From contig JBITNC010000002.1 of assembly GCA_050084985.1 (NCBI GenBank), positions 17,174,001 to 17,238,000 on the forward strand: 64,000 nucleotides of DNA, written 5' to 3'. Below the pieces are notes generated by a model. It was not told the origin of the DNA. It ran no database searches and saw only the letters and a list, made by a program, of their open reading frames with translations. A program made the translations under genes and the position numbers. The number at the start of each line of letters is the position of its first letter. Position 1 is the first letter of the stretch. The stretch comes from Nageia nagi. Lineage: Eukaryota > Plantae > Pinophyta. Below are positions 38,601 through 49,420 of the stretch, piece after piece.

Positions 38601-40082
38601 AAATAAAATAAAATAGAAATGTCCATGTTTCTTGAGCTTTAAGCAAGCCAAGAGACATCTGAAAGTTTAAAGAAACTCCATGAGAATCCAACTTGCATGG
38701 GAAACTGAAAGGTCATACCTAGAATGTTATATATTATACATTTGTTCTTTTTAGTATGTGATGTTGCTGCATGTATGTACTGATTTGAGAGCAATACAAC
38801 ACTCTATTAAAATGCCAAAACCTGTTTTTTTTTTTTTTTCTAATTCCACTGTATTAATCTGTGTGAGGTATGTTCATTTTGTTTTGCTAGTTCGCTGTCA
38901 TTTTAGCTAGGTGTGCAATTCTTGTTTGGAATTAATTCTTAAAATGAATAAGTGCAATCTGAGTTAGCAAAATTAACAAATCCTTGAGGTTTCTTAGTGG
39001 TACTGGTGACTGGGTATAGTATCTTTGTGTTAAATCCACAATAGCCTTCCTCTATCCTCACATTTCCTCTGAGTAGTGTCCAAGCCTATTTGTGTTTGTT
39101 TTTAAAACCTGCTCCAACTACCCAGGATAAATCTCTCATCTCAATCAGTTTTTTATTGATACATAGCAGATGATTCAATCCTTGATTGGTTGCTTGGATG
39201 CTGTCTCAATCGATTAAAATTTTGAAGCGTCATCAGTTGATTTCAATATCATAGGAGGGTCGAACCAAATTTTTTTTATAGGTGCAAGATTCTGGATATA
39301 GAGATTTACTTTGTTTTACATTGGACAGCATGGAGTCTTTTTTCTTTAAGACTTTGTTTCATGACTTCAATTTTATCACAGGTATGCTATCACTTTGATA
39401 GCAATGTTCAATTTTGGAGATCTTATTGGGAGATACATTCCTCTGATTAAGATGATCAAGCTGGAAAGAAGGCCATGGATCACAGTTGCAGCACTTTCTC
39501 GCCTAAGTTTCATCCCGGCATTCTATTTCACAGCAAAGTATGGAGGTCAAGGTTGGATGCTAATTCTATGCATTTTACTGGGATTGTCTAATGGATACCT
39601 TACTGTCTGTATATTTACTATTGCACCCAGAGGATATAAGGTTGGTATCTCTCTACCTCTGATCTGTATTTCTTGGTTTTAATTGGTTAATATATATTTC
39701 TAAGATCCACTTAATATAAGCCCACAAAGATATCTGACTGAAAACAAAAGTAAATGTAAAACCAGTAAACTCCACAAAGACTTTCTGAAATACTGCATAC
39801 AATTGTTACTTTAACAAGTTTTCTGTTCTTTCTTGCCTCTTTAAGTTCTTTAAGAATGGGTTTTAAGCAAGTGGATTGAATTAAGAAGGAAACATGTTTA
39901 TTAAAATTATAGACCTGCTATATTATATTGATGTTCTTCAAATTCCCAACTAATCCAGTCTCTGGAATTTGCAGGGACCTGAACAAAATGCATTAGGAAA
40001 TCTCTTGGTGTTATTTTTGCTTCTGGGAATAACTGCTGGTGTTACTAGTGATTGGTTGTGGCTGATTGGTAAAGGGTGGTAA
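5614..40082 (+). CDS. ENT3: Equilibrative nucleoside transporter (ENT/SLC29 family, AtENT3-like). 9 coding exons: 5614-5673, 5814-5918, 16971-17126, 17318-17461, 17566-17671, 26406-26578, 26705-26865, 39382-39640, 39975-40082; 423 aa
   Basis: Exons join in frame (60+105+156+144+106+173+161+259+108=1272 nt) with no internal stop. Plant ENT3 motifs are present: CWLLGVGCLFSWNSMLTIEDYY, DYHPSRILTLVYQPFA, ADAHVQGGM, SALRLVTKAAFE, YYRSKAASEGSKTVTADLAAGG, TLSIFPGFLSEDTG, IPAFYFTAKYG, GPEQNALGNLLV, DWLWLIGKGW*. Introns are GT-AG except intron 4 (GC-AG). The start codon could lie further upstream (in-frame ATG at 5572). Confidence 0.93.
5814..5918 (+). CDS. ENT3: ENT exon 2 (GRNAAYAICWLLGVGCLFSWNSMLTIEDYYQYLFP)
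   Basis: CAG acceptor, GTAAGT donor, TM1 motif SWNSMLTIEDYY. Confidence 0.93.
6340..8064 (-). mobile_element. L1-type LINE relic containing essentially only ORF1 (DUF4283-like domain plus zinc knuckle), flanked by a 17-bp direct repeat
   Basis: Minus-strand peptides WVTLLHLPFGLWHQKVFKGIAGSFGKF...TRFCVMV and CSTCIQVGHNIVTC. ACTACTGCATCATCTTT occurs at 6323-6339 and 8065-8081, with a T-run beside the left copy. Confidence 0.75.
8146..8234 (+). mobile_element. Possible short tRNA-derived SINE relic
   Basis: GC-richer island with box-A-like TGGTGTAACTCATAGTTGA, ending in an A-run; no clear TSD. Confidence 0.3.
8440..10406 (-). mobile_element. Decayed hAT-superfamily transposase (DUF659-type)
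   Basis: Minus-strand fragments FKPPTYDNLRG, VIQVIIDNATTYVAA..IFWTSCATYYLNL, TCFTTNFVTLQRL, MGYVY-like GYVYKAMYRAKEEI and QFHKPLHATGYYLNP; many stops and frameshifts; truncated at 10406 by a copia LTR. Confidence 0.85.
12162..12741. repeat. 290-bp tandem duplication inside the copia (start of RT)
   Basis: 12162-12451 aligns with 12452-12741 over its whole length with scattered substitutions. Confidence 0.9.
13141..13860. mobile_element. Non-coding insertion in the copia, resembling a DNA-transposon (hAT-like) subterminal region
   Basis: Abrupt GC-rich block with many GGGAAC/GTTCCC/GGGACGTCC motifs followed by AT-rich DNA, interrupting the INT-RT linker; right boundary uncertain. Confidence 0.5.
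16971..17126 (+). CDS. ENT3: ENT exon 3 (DYHPSRILTLVYQPFA...FLSTFIVLI)
   Basis: GCAG acceptor, GTGAGT donor, conserved motif. Confidence 0.95.
17318..17461 (+). CDS. ENT3: ENT exon 4 (LDLATHGKGG...ADAHVQGGMFGELSYMDPDFIQ)
   Basis: CAG acceptor; homology ends at CAG|GCTAGA (GC donor). Confidence 0.9.
17566..17671 (+). CDS. ENT3: ENT exon 5 (SFSAGLAASGAVTSALRLVTKAAFENSQNGLRKGA)
   Basis: TGCAG acceptor, GTAAGC donor, phase 1. Confidence 0.95.
18040..19521 (+). mobile_element. Internally deleted Ty3/gypsy (chromovirus-like) relic with 3' LTR ~19083-19521
   Basis: gag-like MEQFF.IH; integrase C-terminus/chromodomain-like YQFNLPLASQINPIFHLSCLKE...LEPKKILD...FLIEWKD..EDTSWE; purine tract then TGTTATG at 19083; TATAAATA at ~19250. 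Confidence 0.7.
19544..21102 (-). mobile_element. Solo-LTR-like sequence (~1.56 kb)
   Basis: Minus strand starts TGTAGACACTTAAAA and ends GTCAATA (degenerate CA); TATATAAA at ~19855; homologous to 25120-25940 in the opposite orientation; no TSD seen. Confidence 0.55.
22104..24920 (+). mobile_element. Large (~2.8 kb) solo-LTR-like element with degenerate internal ~60-bp repeats (22500-23350)
   Basis: TGTTG...CAACA ends; TATAAATAGCCC at ~23920; shares ACAACATGCCCC..AAATT near its start and AACCTTGGGGTA / GAGTAAC near its end with 29916-32900. Confidence 0.6.
25120..25940 (+). mobile_element. Fragment of the same family as 19544-21102, inverted, with an internal 169-bp tandem duplication (~25308-25646)
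   Basis: Spurious ORFs 25366 and 25535 (+) and 20099-20281 (-) give near-identical peptides; the nucleotide similarity extends into the flanks. Confidence 0.75.
26406..26578 (+). CDS. ENT3: ENT exon 6 (LLFFSISTLYG...KAASEGSKTVTADLAAGGVEVSSQK)
   Basis: GCAG acceptor in phase 1, GTAATG donor. Confidence 0.93.
26705..26865 (+). CDS. ENT3: ENT exon 7 (DIEESKLTERLGNKELL...SIFPGFLSEDTGKHGLGSW)
   Basis: GTAG acceptor, GTGAGC donor, phase 2. Confidence 0.94.
27640..28070 (+). mobile_element. 3' fragment of a non-LTR retrotransposon ORF (RTE-X/CR1-like C-terminus)
   Basis: KWLKKWGIEE, FRFSFHHLSIET (RxSxHxLxIET-like) and EEIEDEYF in degenerate frames. Confidence 0.45.
28465..29453 (+). repeat. Tandem re-duplication of the LTR 3' half, PBS and leader (copies ~28465-28875, partial ~28876-29040, ~29041-29453)
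   Basis: Two PBS copies (28750 and 29328); AATGTAATATATTGT occurs three times; GTCAAAGCCCAAAGG.AACTCAAACCTT occurs twice. Confidence 0.85.
30270..30860. repeat. Degenerate ~60-70 bp tandem array
   Basis: Recurring CGCATG(T/A)TTT.CAAGTTT...AAACTCCCAAAAGGTGCGACCT. Confidence 0.75.
31457..31882. repeat. 30-bp minisatellite, about 14 copies (GGCATGCTTCCCAAGGTGAAGATCCAAAAT-like)
   Basis: 30-nt periodicity directly visible; gives 10-aa repeats in spurious ORFs on both strands. Confidence 0.95.
33010..33932 (-). mobile_element. TRIM (non-autonomous mini LTR retrotransposon), 923 bp, 166-bp LTRs at 33010-33175 and 33767-33932
   Basis: Direct terminal repeats; PBS GCTTTGATACCA (TGGTATCAAAGC on -) at 33755-33766; pyrimidine tract TATCCCCT beside the left LTR; flanks GTCAC/GTCAG; no recognisable coding domain inside. 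Confidence 0.88.
35526..36708. mobile_element. Solo LTR (1183 bp) inserted in the copia INT-RT linker
   Basis: TGTAA...GGGGTACGTCACA ends; flanks TCGAG/TTGAG (5-bp TSD with one CpG transition); higher GC than the host element. Confidence 0.8.
37735..38122. mobile_element. Non-coding insertion replacing part of copia RT; DNA-transposon-end-like
   Basis: Repeated GAGTT/AACTC/GACTTGGAC motifs; copia coding similarity stops at ~37733 and resumes at LDDQKS (~38124). Confidence 0.45.
39382..39640 (+). CDS. ENT3: ENT exon 8 (YAITLIAMFNFGDLIGRYIP...TIAPRGYK)
   Basis: ACAG acceptor in phase 2, AAG|GTTGGT donor; overlaps ORF 39395-39682. Confidence 0.95.
39975..40082 (+). CDS. ENT3: ENT exon 9 (GPEQNALGNLLVLFLLLGITAGVTSDWLWLIGKGW*)
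   Basis: TGCAG acceptor, TAA at 40080-40082, canonical plant ENT3 C-terminus. Confidence 0.95.
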   Translation, partial: GPEQNALGNLLVLFLLLGITAGVTSDWLWLIGKGW

Positions 40083-41169
40083 ATACTATTGTCATTCTTA
40101 ATGCGTGGAATATATATATCAGCAAAAATATATAATCGTTCATTCACTTGCTCATCTGGAAGTATTCTTAAAGCGAAGAGTCTTTAAATGGCAGACGCAC
40201 AAAATTTAAACACAGCTCAATCTAAATTAGCCACTTCTTCAGTTCATCTATCCTTGAAAGCGGAAGGATATTACACATTTGCTTATGTTCATATGGTTGC
40301 ATAATTTAATTCATTGATTTAAAGGGTTGTTTTTGCCAAAGGATTTGTTAATATTTGATCTTAAATTTGTGTTAATTATATATTCTCTTGTGAATCTTGC
40401 TATCCCATTAATACTGTCCATGCATAATTCTCGTTACTCCCTTTTCTTCCTTGCGCACTTGTAGTTTTGTATGCCTCCATTGCTACTATAATTGACTTCC
40501 TTTTATGCTCACATTTCCCAAGTAATTTTGAGTGTGATTGCGTGTCTTTCTTTTCGTATATGTAGACAATCAAAAGCTCATGCTGGTGAATTGATTTTTT
40601 CTGCTTATGTGAAATTCCTTGGTCATAGTAAACCTCAAAAGTATATTCAAAACATCAAAATGCAATGGTATTATAAACAACCCAAAAATTCCATAAACCA
40701 GTTTTATATTTTCGACTTTCTAAACATGGAAGTTGTATAACAATAGGCAATTTGTCAGAAGTTTTAAATTTATCATTTAAATTTAAAGTGATAAATTTAG
40801 TTTTATTATATAAATTTAATAAATATTAAATAAATCTATATTTACTAAATTAATGAAAGTAAAAATAAAATTAATGTATTAATCATATATTTCATATTTA
40901 TTAATTTAAATAATTATATTTATCAGTTTTAAATTTCATTAAATAATAATAATTATTTTTTATCAGGGTAAATACTAAGCACATTTGCAAAGGGATTTTC
41001 TACATAGGAATCCAAAATATGTTTTTAAAAGTTTACAATGATTTGGGCAAAAACTCGTTGTTGTTTATTTACTAAATGCTGGTAGCAGAAATTAGACACC
41101 AATATCTTATCTATGAAGTATTATAGATTACAAGCTTTTAGTAGGCCAACAGTTACAAGTTATTATTTG

Positions 41170-42600
41170 AAGCTTGTGTGTTGAGAGGGAATTCAACCCC
41201 TTGATATTACTTGAGATGGTCCTCATCGTTTCCTTGTTTTGGGGATCAATGCTTCTCGGCCAAACAACTCCAAGGTTATCTATTTCCCATTTAAAATGGC
41301 TACGGTTATTTTCTTTTCTCGAGTCTTCCCCTTGCTTGGTCTTCCTATTTTGTTCTATCTGGTATCTACCTTTTTGGTTGCACTTCTAGTTAGATGATTG
41401 CTTAGATGAGCCATTTTAATCTCTTCAACTAAAATGTCTTCATCAAATTTACTTTTGTTACTGTCTCCTTTATTTTCATTAGTTTTTTCTTCTAATGTTG
41501 ACATTGCTACCATTATTTCTAAGAGATCTACTTTTAGATTTAGTTATCATCCATCCATTATTCTTTGGTGAACTTGCGAATTGTTGTTGTATAGTTATGT
41601 CATTCTTTGTTGTTTTTTCCTCAAGGATCATTTTAGGTGCATTATCTAAAGTGTCTAGCTCTGAGGTATTCTCTTTCTATTATTCAACATGATCATTTCT
41701 AGTTTGATTCTTGTTCTTCTCAGTGTTATTTTTTGGAAGAATCTCTCCTTCCTCTTAGCTCTAATTGCTTCACTTGGTTGTTGGTTGGAATTTTGCCTTC
41801 TTGTTGTCGCTTTGGGTGTTAGACCTTGCACACCACGTTTACTACAATCACCTTCCTTGGGCATGGTCTCACATTATGCTCAACTTGGACATATGTTGGA
41901 TAAATGCAATTGCTATTTTTTGTATCAAAACTCTTAAATCCATTCTCCCAAGTCATATTGGGGAGTGATTGTTTTATGAAGCTTAACGTTGAATTCAACC
42001 ATAACACAAAATTTAGCAACTAAAATTTTGGTTCATGCCTTTGTCACTTGATTTGCTACAATTAGTTTTCCAAATGATCCTACAATTCATTCCAAAACTT
42101 TGTGATGCCAAAATTTGAAGGATAAGTTGGTAAAGTGACCTAGATTGGTGCCTTCATGATTTGAGCTTTTAGGAGCTTGAAGCTTGGTTACCATTTTCAA
42201 GAAAAAATCCTTGGTTTCCAAGAAACCATGCTCCGAAACTTAACAAAATATTGATCTTCCATGCATCCGAAGGAGAACATGACATAGTCATTAGGTATTA
42301 CAATGACATCCATGTGGCCTTTGATGGCCCATTTCATCTTTATCTATTTTCTTTCTAAGTCTATGTTAGGGTGAACTTTTAGAAATCGCCCAACAAGACT
42401 ATAGCATCCTCTTCCTAAAGATTGATCAATGATGAGTTGTAGAAATTTAAGAGATAACTTTCTCCATTCTTAACTTCTAAGGCTTGAATATTCAATAGCC
42501 TATTGGGTAAAGAGACTAAGAAGATTTTGGTGGAGCCTCCATGTTTAATGCTATATTGGTAACCATAGTGGAGGTGATTGTAGCAAACTTGAAGAAAATT
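41170..42600 (-). mobile_element. L1 relic: ORF1 (DUF4283-like) plus the first ~20 codons of ORF2; same family as 6340-8064
   Basis: Minus strand VTLPTYP..FWHHKVLE..GSFGKL, FCVMVEFNVKL, CIYPTYVQVEHNVRPC; MRTISSNIKGLNSL at ~41227-41186 resembles an L1 ORF2 start. Confidence 0.75.
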
Positions 42601-42634
42601 AGGAGTGAATCAAGGAGGGAAGTGAGGGGTTGAA

Positions 42635-45600
42635 TGGATATATATGAAAAAATTTATATATCTTGCTATGAACATAAATTAAATGAAAAATTACGAACAA
42701 ATTACAGCTAAAGCGCAGCTTCCATGGAGAGGTCAAGGAGTAACCCTCTGCTAGGGCAATTGAAGTCCTGGGCAAATGTGGTTACAAGAGAGAATCCTGA
42801 TGACATATCATGACTAAATTAGAAGAAATAATATGGATAATGTAGCTCAATTGATTATCCCAAAAGAAATTTAGAAAAATTAGAGAGATAAGCAAAGGAA
42901 TACTTTGATTGGGCGATTTGTTGGACTTAGACCAAACCTTGATCATATCCAAAAATGGGTGATAGAACATTGGAAACTTTTAGGGCAAGTAGATATGGTT
43001 GCTTTGCCACTCAAATTCCTATTCTTTATTTTTCCAAATTCAGATGATATGAGTAAGGCTTGAATTAGGATCATGGTTCCTAGGACACAAAGGTTTGGTT
43101 CTAAAACATTGGCATCTTGGATTTCATCTAGAGAAGGAGAATATTAATGTGGTTTTAGTTTGGGTAAAACCTCCTTGATCTCCCATCAGATTACTAGGAT
43201 ATAAATGTAATTGTAAGGATTGCCAATTTAGTTGGTTTCTATTGACAAAATAACAAGAATGGGTAAGAGGATGACTACAACTCGCTTATGTGTTAATATT
43301 GATATAACCAAGGAGCTTCAACATAGGATATATTTAGATGAGAAGAATGGGGAAACATGGGAATAAGCAATAGTATATGAAAATTTACCAATCAGATGCA
43401 AAATCCATGGAAAGTTCAACCATTACGCTAAATATTTGCCAAAAAAAGAGGAAGTTAGAGGTAGGAAGAGACACAAAAGTGAAGTTGAGAATTCAGAAGG
43501 AAATGGTTCAAGTCAGGTTAATCCATACAATAACAATGGGAAGGAACAAGCAATGGAGGTGGATGAAAATAATTTGGCTATGGCAAGAGGAGGATATCAT
43601 AATACAACAAGAAAAACACTAAATGTTGATAAGGGACATGTCGGTAGACCTTCAAATTAGTAAAGGAGAATGAGGAAAACCAATGAAGATATTGTTAATG
43701 AAACTCAAAGAAATTTAAAGCAGGTTGTAAGGCCATAGGTGTTCCTTAATTGGAATGTACAAGGATGCAATGCCCCAAATAGACAAGGGGCTATAAAGGA
43801 CCTCTATAGGGAAGTTAGATCAAACATTTTGTTTGTACAAGAGTCTAAGGTTAGGAAAGATGATGTAAAAGAGGTGGCCAAGAAAATTTAGAAAGGTGCA
43901 AGATATGATTGGAGGGAATTTTGATGGTACATTAGAGGCTTATTCACTTTTTGGAATACTTCCATTATACAAGGCACATCGTTTCCCAATACTTCACATA
44001 GATACATTCATACTAATAAATATTATAAGCTCCAATTTTCAATTTGTTGCAAAAAATATCTATGCTTTTAATAATGCATATGAAAGAAGGTGTTTGTTTG
44101 AAAATATAATAAGGGATAGAAGGAACTTTAGCTATCTTCCATGGATAATCATGGGGTACTTTAATACTATATATATTATATGATGATGGAAAAGTAGGAG
44201 GTAGTGAAGAACCTAGGGGGCAACAAGGAGGATCTAAAGAAATTCATCAATCAATTAGAGCTTATGGATGTAAAGTTGACTAGGAATGCCTTCTCTCGAT
44301 CAAACAATTAGGACAAGGAAACTTTTATTTAGTGTAGATTAGAGAGACCTCTTTGTTTATTGGATTGGGTAGATTAATTTCCTGAGTGTCAAATGTGTTG
44401 TAAATCAAAAATTGATTTGGACCATAATCCTACCCTTTTGATTGTCTAACCATTCATGAGAAAGAAAAGACCTTTTAGATTTGAATCCATGTGGATCAAA
44501 AATCTTGACATGGAATATAAAATTCAAGAATGGTGGAAGGAAAAGAAAATATATGGGAAAATAATGTATCAAGTCCCAATCAAATTATAGTTCCTAAAGG
44601 TGAAGCTAAAAGATTGGAATAAAAGAGTATTTTAGAATGTAACAAGAAGGAAACAAGAGATTAAAATGAGGCTACAAGGGACTAAAAATGTTTACCATCA
44701 GGAAGGAAGTCCAAGATCTAATGAAGAAGATGAACAATAAAAGGAGATAAGAAAAGAGTATAGGAGGACCAAACTATAGGAGGAGATTCACTAGATGCAA
44801 AAATCCAGGATAATTTGGCTATGGGAAGGAGACAAGAACACTAAATTCTTCCATATGACTACATTAAGACATAGGGAATTTAATAGGATTAAGTAGCTAA
44901 AGTTGGAATATGGATATATAACAGATGAAATAAGGAAAATCAAAAAAAGGACAATTAGATTGTATGAGAATCTTCTAGCCTCGTATGAGGAGGATCACCT
45001 TCTATTTGTGCAAAATATTCTCAAAATTCCTAAAATATTGAATCAAGAGGGTAATAATGTACAAACAAAACCTTTCATAGAGGAAGAAGTTGAAGAAGCA
45101 GTGTTAATGATGGAAAAATATTGTTGGAGAGGAAGTAACCTAAGTAGTCTAGGAATTCCAACAAAATGATGCCATGTTGAAAGCATGGAATATAACTTTC
45201 CTTGCCTTGATCCCTAAGATGTAAGGAGTGGATGATTTTAAGGACTTTAGACCCATTAGTTTGTGCAACACAATATATAAGATCATCACTAAGATCCTAA
45301 CAAATAGGTTGCAGAGGATTTTACCAAGATTGGTTTCACAAGAGCAAGATGGATTTGTTAGAGGAATACAAATTGATGATGGTATCGTCACTATGCATGA
45401 ACTAATACATACCATTAAGATTAAGAATGAAGTAGGTATGCTAATTACGTTGGATATGTAGAAGGCCTATGATAGGGTTTCATGGACCTTTTTGGATAAG
45501 GTTTTAGTGGGATTTGGATTCAATCCATAATTGAGAAGATGGATTCAGACTTGTATCTCTACTATTACTTTTTTAATGTTTATTAACAGTGAAATTGCAG

Positions 45601-48600
45601 GATTTTTTTAACTCTTCAAGAAGTTTAAGGCAAGGAGACCCAATCTCACAATACATGTTCATAATTATGGCTAAATCCCTAGGGATATCCTTGAAAAATG
45701 CTAAACTTGAAATAAGAATCAAAGGAATTATCCTAACTCTAAGATGTTAAGCAACTACTTATCACCAATTTGTTGATGATACAATACTAGATGGATAAGC
45801 TTCTATGAAGGAAGCCTAGGAGATGATGAAGATTTTGGAGGACTATGAGAGGGCTTCACATTAGAAAATAAACTTTGATAAGAGTCTAATATTCTTTAAT
45901 ACACCAGAAGAGAGAAAAAGGTAGATTACTTCCATTTGTTGTTGCGAGATAGATTCTCTACCATCAAAATATCTAGGAATGCCCTTATTTAGTGAAAGGG
46001 TGAAGAAGGAATTTTGGAATGGGATAATTGACAAGATTAGCAATAAACTTGCTAGATGATAAGGAACAACATTGAGTCCAATAGGGAAATTGTAGTTAGT
46101 CAAGACGACTCTTTAGAGTATCACCATCTACTTTGCCTACATTTTCAAAATTCCAATACTTATGGTAGAAAAGATTGATTAGATATGTAGGAATTTCCTA
46201 TGGTCAGGTGGGGAAAAAAAAATATAATCAACTTAATTGCTTGGAAAAAAATACGTAAGGCTAAATTGGTTGGAGGTCTAAGGCTAATACCAATTGGATG
46301 GGTAAAGGAGGCCTTCACAATGAAAATGGCATGGCAATTATGTTGTGGCCCAATTAATGATTGGGTCACAATAGCCAGAGAAAAATATATGGAAAGAGTT
46401 AATAACCTTCTTAGAATTGGGATATCCTTGAAAGGGTAAGCCTTTTAGAATGGGCTAGTTGATATAAGGGATACAATGTGGCTTCATTCAATGTGGGAGA
46501 TCAACAAAAGTAATGAAGTATTATTTTGGGATGACCTATGGCTAAATCTAGTTCCTCTTTGGTAGTAATAAGGCTACACATGGGCTACAGAGTGGGCAAA
46601 GATTGACATTAGAACTAGATTCCAGGCTAATGGGCTAGATATTCGGTGCATTACTCCCCTAACACCCAACATTGAAGTGGAATAAGTTCTTCAATGAGTT
46701 AGAGACCAAGTGCAATGTCATAGAATATTTCCTTTTGATAAGAGTGATGAGTTGAAATGGATAGATGGGAAAGGGGAAAAATAGGGATATTCAATTAAAG
46801 TTGGATATGAAATTCTAAATATATTTCAAAAGGATGATAGGAAGGGACTTTAGAGGTAGGTATGGGCTAAGGGACTCATCCCAAAGATTTCATATTTTAC
46901 ATGGGCTATAGTTATGGAAGAAATTATGAATAATGATAATTTAAGAAAAAAGAGTATGATGTTCCTGAATAGATATGCTATGTGTGAAAGGGAGGAGGAA
47001 ACAAGGGTGCATCTATTGTTGCACTACCCATTTGCCTCCAAAAATTGGTATGACCTCTAATTAGTTCTTCCTAAGGGTTTGGGAGGACTATTTGAACAAT
47101 GGAATCTAAGATATGGGAAAGGAAAGGTGGCTAAAGTCTTGAATATCATGGTCCTACATGTGATTTGGGCCCTTTGGAAGGGAAGAAATAGGCAATTTTT
47201 CCAATATCAAAGCTTTATTGTAACCAAAATATTGCAAAAAAGTATTGAGGCTATAAAGGAAAATACTATATCTTGTTTGAATCTAGACCCCACCAGAGAT
47301 CCAATAATTATTGTACATTTTGAACTCCTCCACTTAGAGGCCCCACCAACCAATGAGGATGGTGAAGTGGAGGGTACATTGATGGATCATGATGAGATGG
47401 AATAATAGCATGGAAGGGTGGGGTCTTAATCACATGGTCCAGGGGACGTAAGACACCAACATAACCCCCAAGTACCACATTACTTGCTTTAATGTGATTA
47501 TTTGTGGAAGGTGGTATACTCTAATTTTTTTTTGAAAGTGATTGATTTATTATGGTGGAGGAAGATGCTAGATTTACTCCTATTATGGTTGACTTGTTTC
47601 AGTTTCTCTGCATGGGTTATTTGTGCCTTGGAGAAAAGTATGGGGAAGATTAAGAGGGTCGAACCCAGTGATTTCCATGAGGTCAAGTTTGATAAGAGAG
47701 TCTAGAAATGATTCTAATGGGAGTTCACAAAGTTCATAAAGAGTTGTCATGGGCATGATATGGAATTATCATGCATAATTGTTAAAGCTTAGAAGGATGA
47801 TGGTTCGAAGATGGGTTCCATCTAGTGGATTTCTCCAAGGAGACAATTCCATAGCTATGAGTTTGTAAGGGTGACTATATGATAAAAGTGTGAAGGTCAA
47901 GTAGGTTGAATTGGATAAATTTTAGGAAGATGGCAAAGCTCTAAAAAAGGTAACTTTCAAGTATGAACACTAGAAGCTTCCTAGGCCATGGGATCAAGTT
48001 TTAGAGTGGATAATCAATTGCTTCATCTTAGAGGATTGATTGTCTTATATTTATAGATCACACATTATCATATTAAAACACTTCAATTAAGAGGATAGGA
48101 GGATTTCCTTCCATTTTTTGCCTTCTCACATCAATTAGGAAGTTTATAGCTCTACTAAAGAAGGGGAGCAAAGATTACTTGATGTATGAATGGGTGATAA
48201 GTAAGTCACCTCAAATTTATTTTCTAATCTAAGAAGAGGAACCAACGATCGATGTGAAGGATCACCCTGAAGCAGAATCTATGGGGGTTATCCCTATTTT
48301 TTGATCAAAAGAGGCTATACAAGAATGTACAACTCATCAACTATAGGAAAAGATGTAGGGAAGTGGGTATTCTTCCCAAAAAAAGAATTTATAAGAGCCG
48401 AAAAGCTCGATGAAAGAGAAGGCTCCGATGAGAAAGAGGAAAGAGGGGAACCTAGTGTCAATATCGCCACAAACATAAAAAAGGAGTAAGAAGTCCAATC
48501 TTAAGGAGGTTTCCTTGGTTGTTTTGAAAGGGATGGTTGATATTACTAAGGAATGTGCTATTATGGTAGAAGAAGGTTCTAGGCATGAGGATGAACATGT

Positions 48601-49420
48601 TGCTAAGAATGTAGCCCTTCAATAAGGGTTCAAAGGCTCTCAAAAGTCCTTTGAGCTAACAAAGTTGGAGGATCTTGAAGCTCCCTAGGAGCCAACCAAT
48701 TCAGAGATAGTGAGGCATACCCAAGAGGATATTGAGATAGATTCGAAGGACTCTCAAGAAACTGAAGTCACTCTGTAGTTGTTGGTAAAGAAAGGAAAAA
48801 GTACAAGCATAAAAGTTAAGGGAGGAAATAACCCAAGAAAGATAAAGTCCCTTTATCCAAAACACAATGTGGTTTAGTAAGTTGAGAAAGGGAATACTCC
48901 TAGTACTGACCAGGAGGGCAAAGGAGTTATGAAGCCTGAGAAGAAGATGCAGAAACTAGAGATTCCCATGAAACCTATGGCTCTAAAGGAAGTTCAAGTT
49001 CATACCAAACATAGGAAGGATCATGGTAAGATGGTGAAGAGTGTTTATTCATCAACAAAGAAAGATATAAGGAGACTGAGATTGTAAAGCAAATCTCAGT
49101 TGTGCCCTCGCGAATAAGTACTTTGGGGTCCAACAAGAAGTCGATTGATTTGAAGTTGCAAGGAAAGAAAACATTGAATATAACTGTGTTTGGTTCTTGA
49201 AAAATCTATTTTTTATCGGTTAGTGTATTTGTAGATAGGTTTTTTTTTCACTAATAGTGTATTATTGGTGTTATAGAAGGTTGTAATAGCTATACTATGT
49301 ATGTTTTGGATATTGGTTGGTTGTGACTAGTAGAAAATTGATATAAAATGATGAATTTTATGATTTTTTTGGATCAATTATGGGATTTGATAAAACTCTC
49401 TTTTTTTTCTTTGACAAAAA
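42635..49420 (+). mobile_element. Decayed near-full-length L1 LINE: ORF1 ~42723-43680, ORF2 endonuclease/RT/zf-RVT ~43740-47400, plus ~2 kb of 3' extension and an A-tail
   Basis: NWNVQGCN, FVQESK, PWIIMGYFN, PFRFESMW, WLWEGDKNTKFFH, DFRPISLCNTIYKIITKILTNRL, RQGDPIS, HQFVDDT, KYLGMPL, FWDDLW. Candidate diverged TSD AAGTGAGGGGTTGAA (42620-42634) / AAGTGAGGGATCGAA (49421-49435). Confidence 0.85.

Larger units (their letters stand above)
28305..38978 (+). mobile_element. Decayed full-length Ty1/copia: 5' LTR 28305-~28747, 3' LTR 38557-38978, with four nested insertions
   Basis: Both LTRs begin TGAAGAGTTGATCACTT and end GTTAGCAAAA.TAA(CA/TG). PBS TGGTATCAGAG at 28750. PPT AAGGGGAAAAA before 38557. 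gag, protease (YVDSGCSNHV), integrase ([19 protein letters not shown]), RT (HQMDVKLAFLNG, YVDDLIY) and RNaseH (CDNQSEI, RSKHI) remnants. Flanks AATAT/AATCC. Confidence 0.88.
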
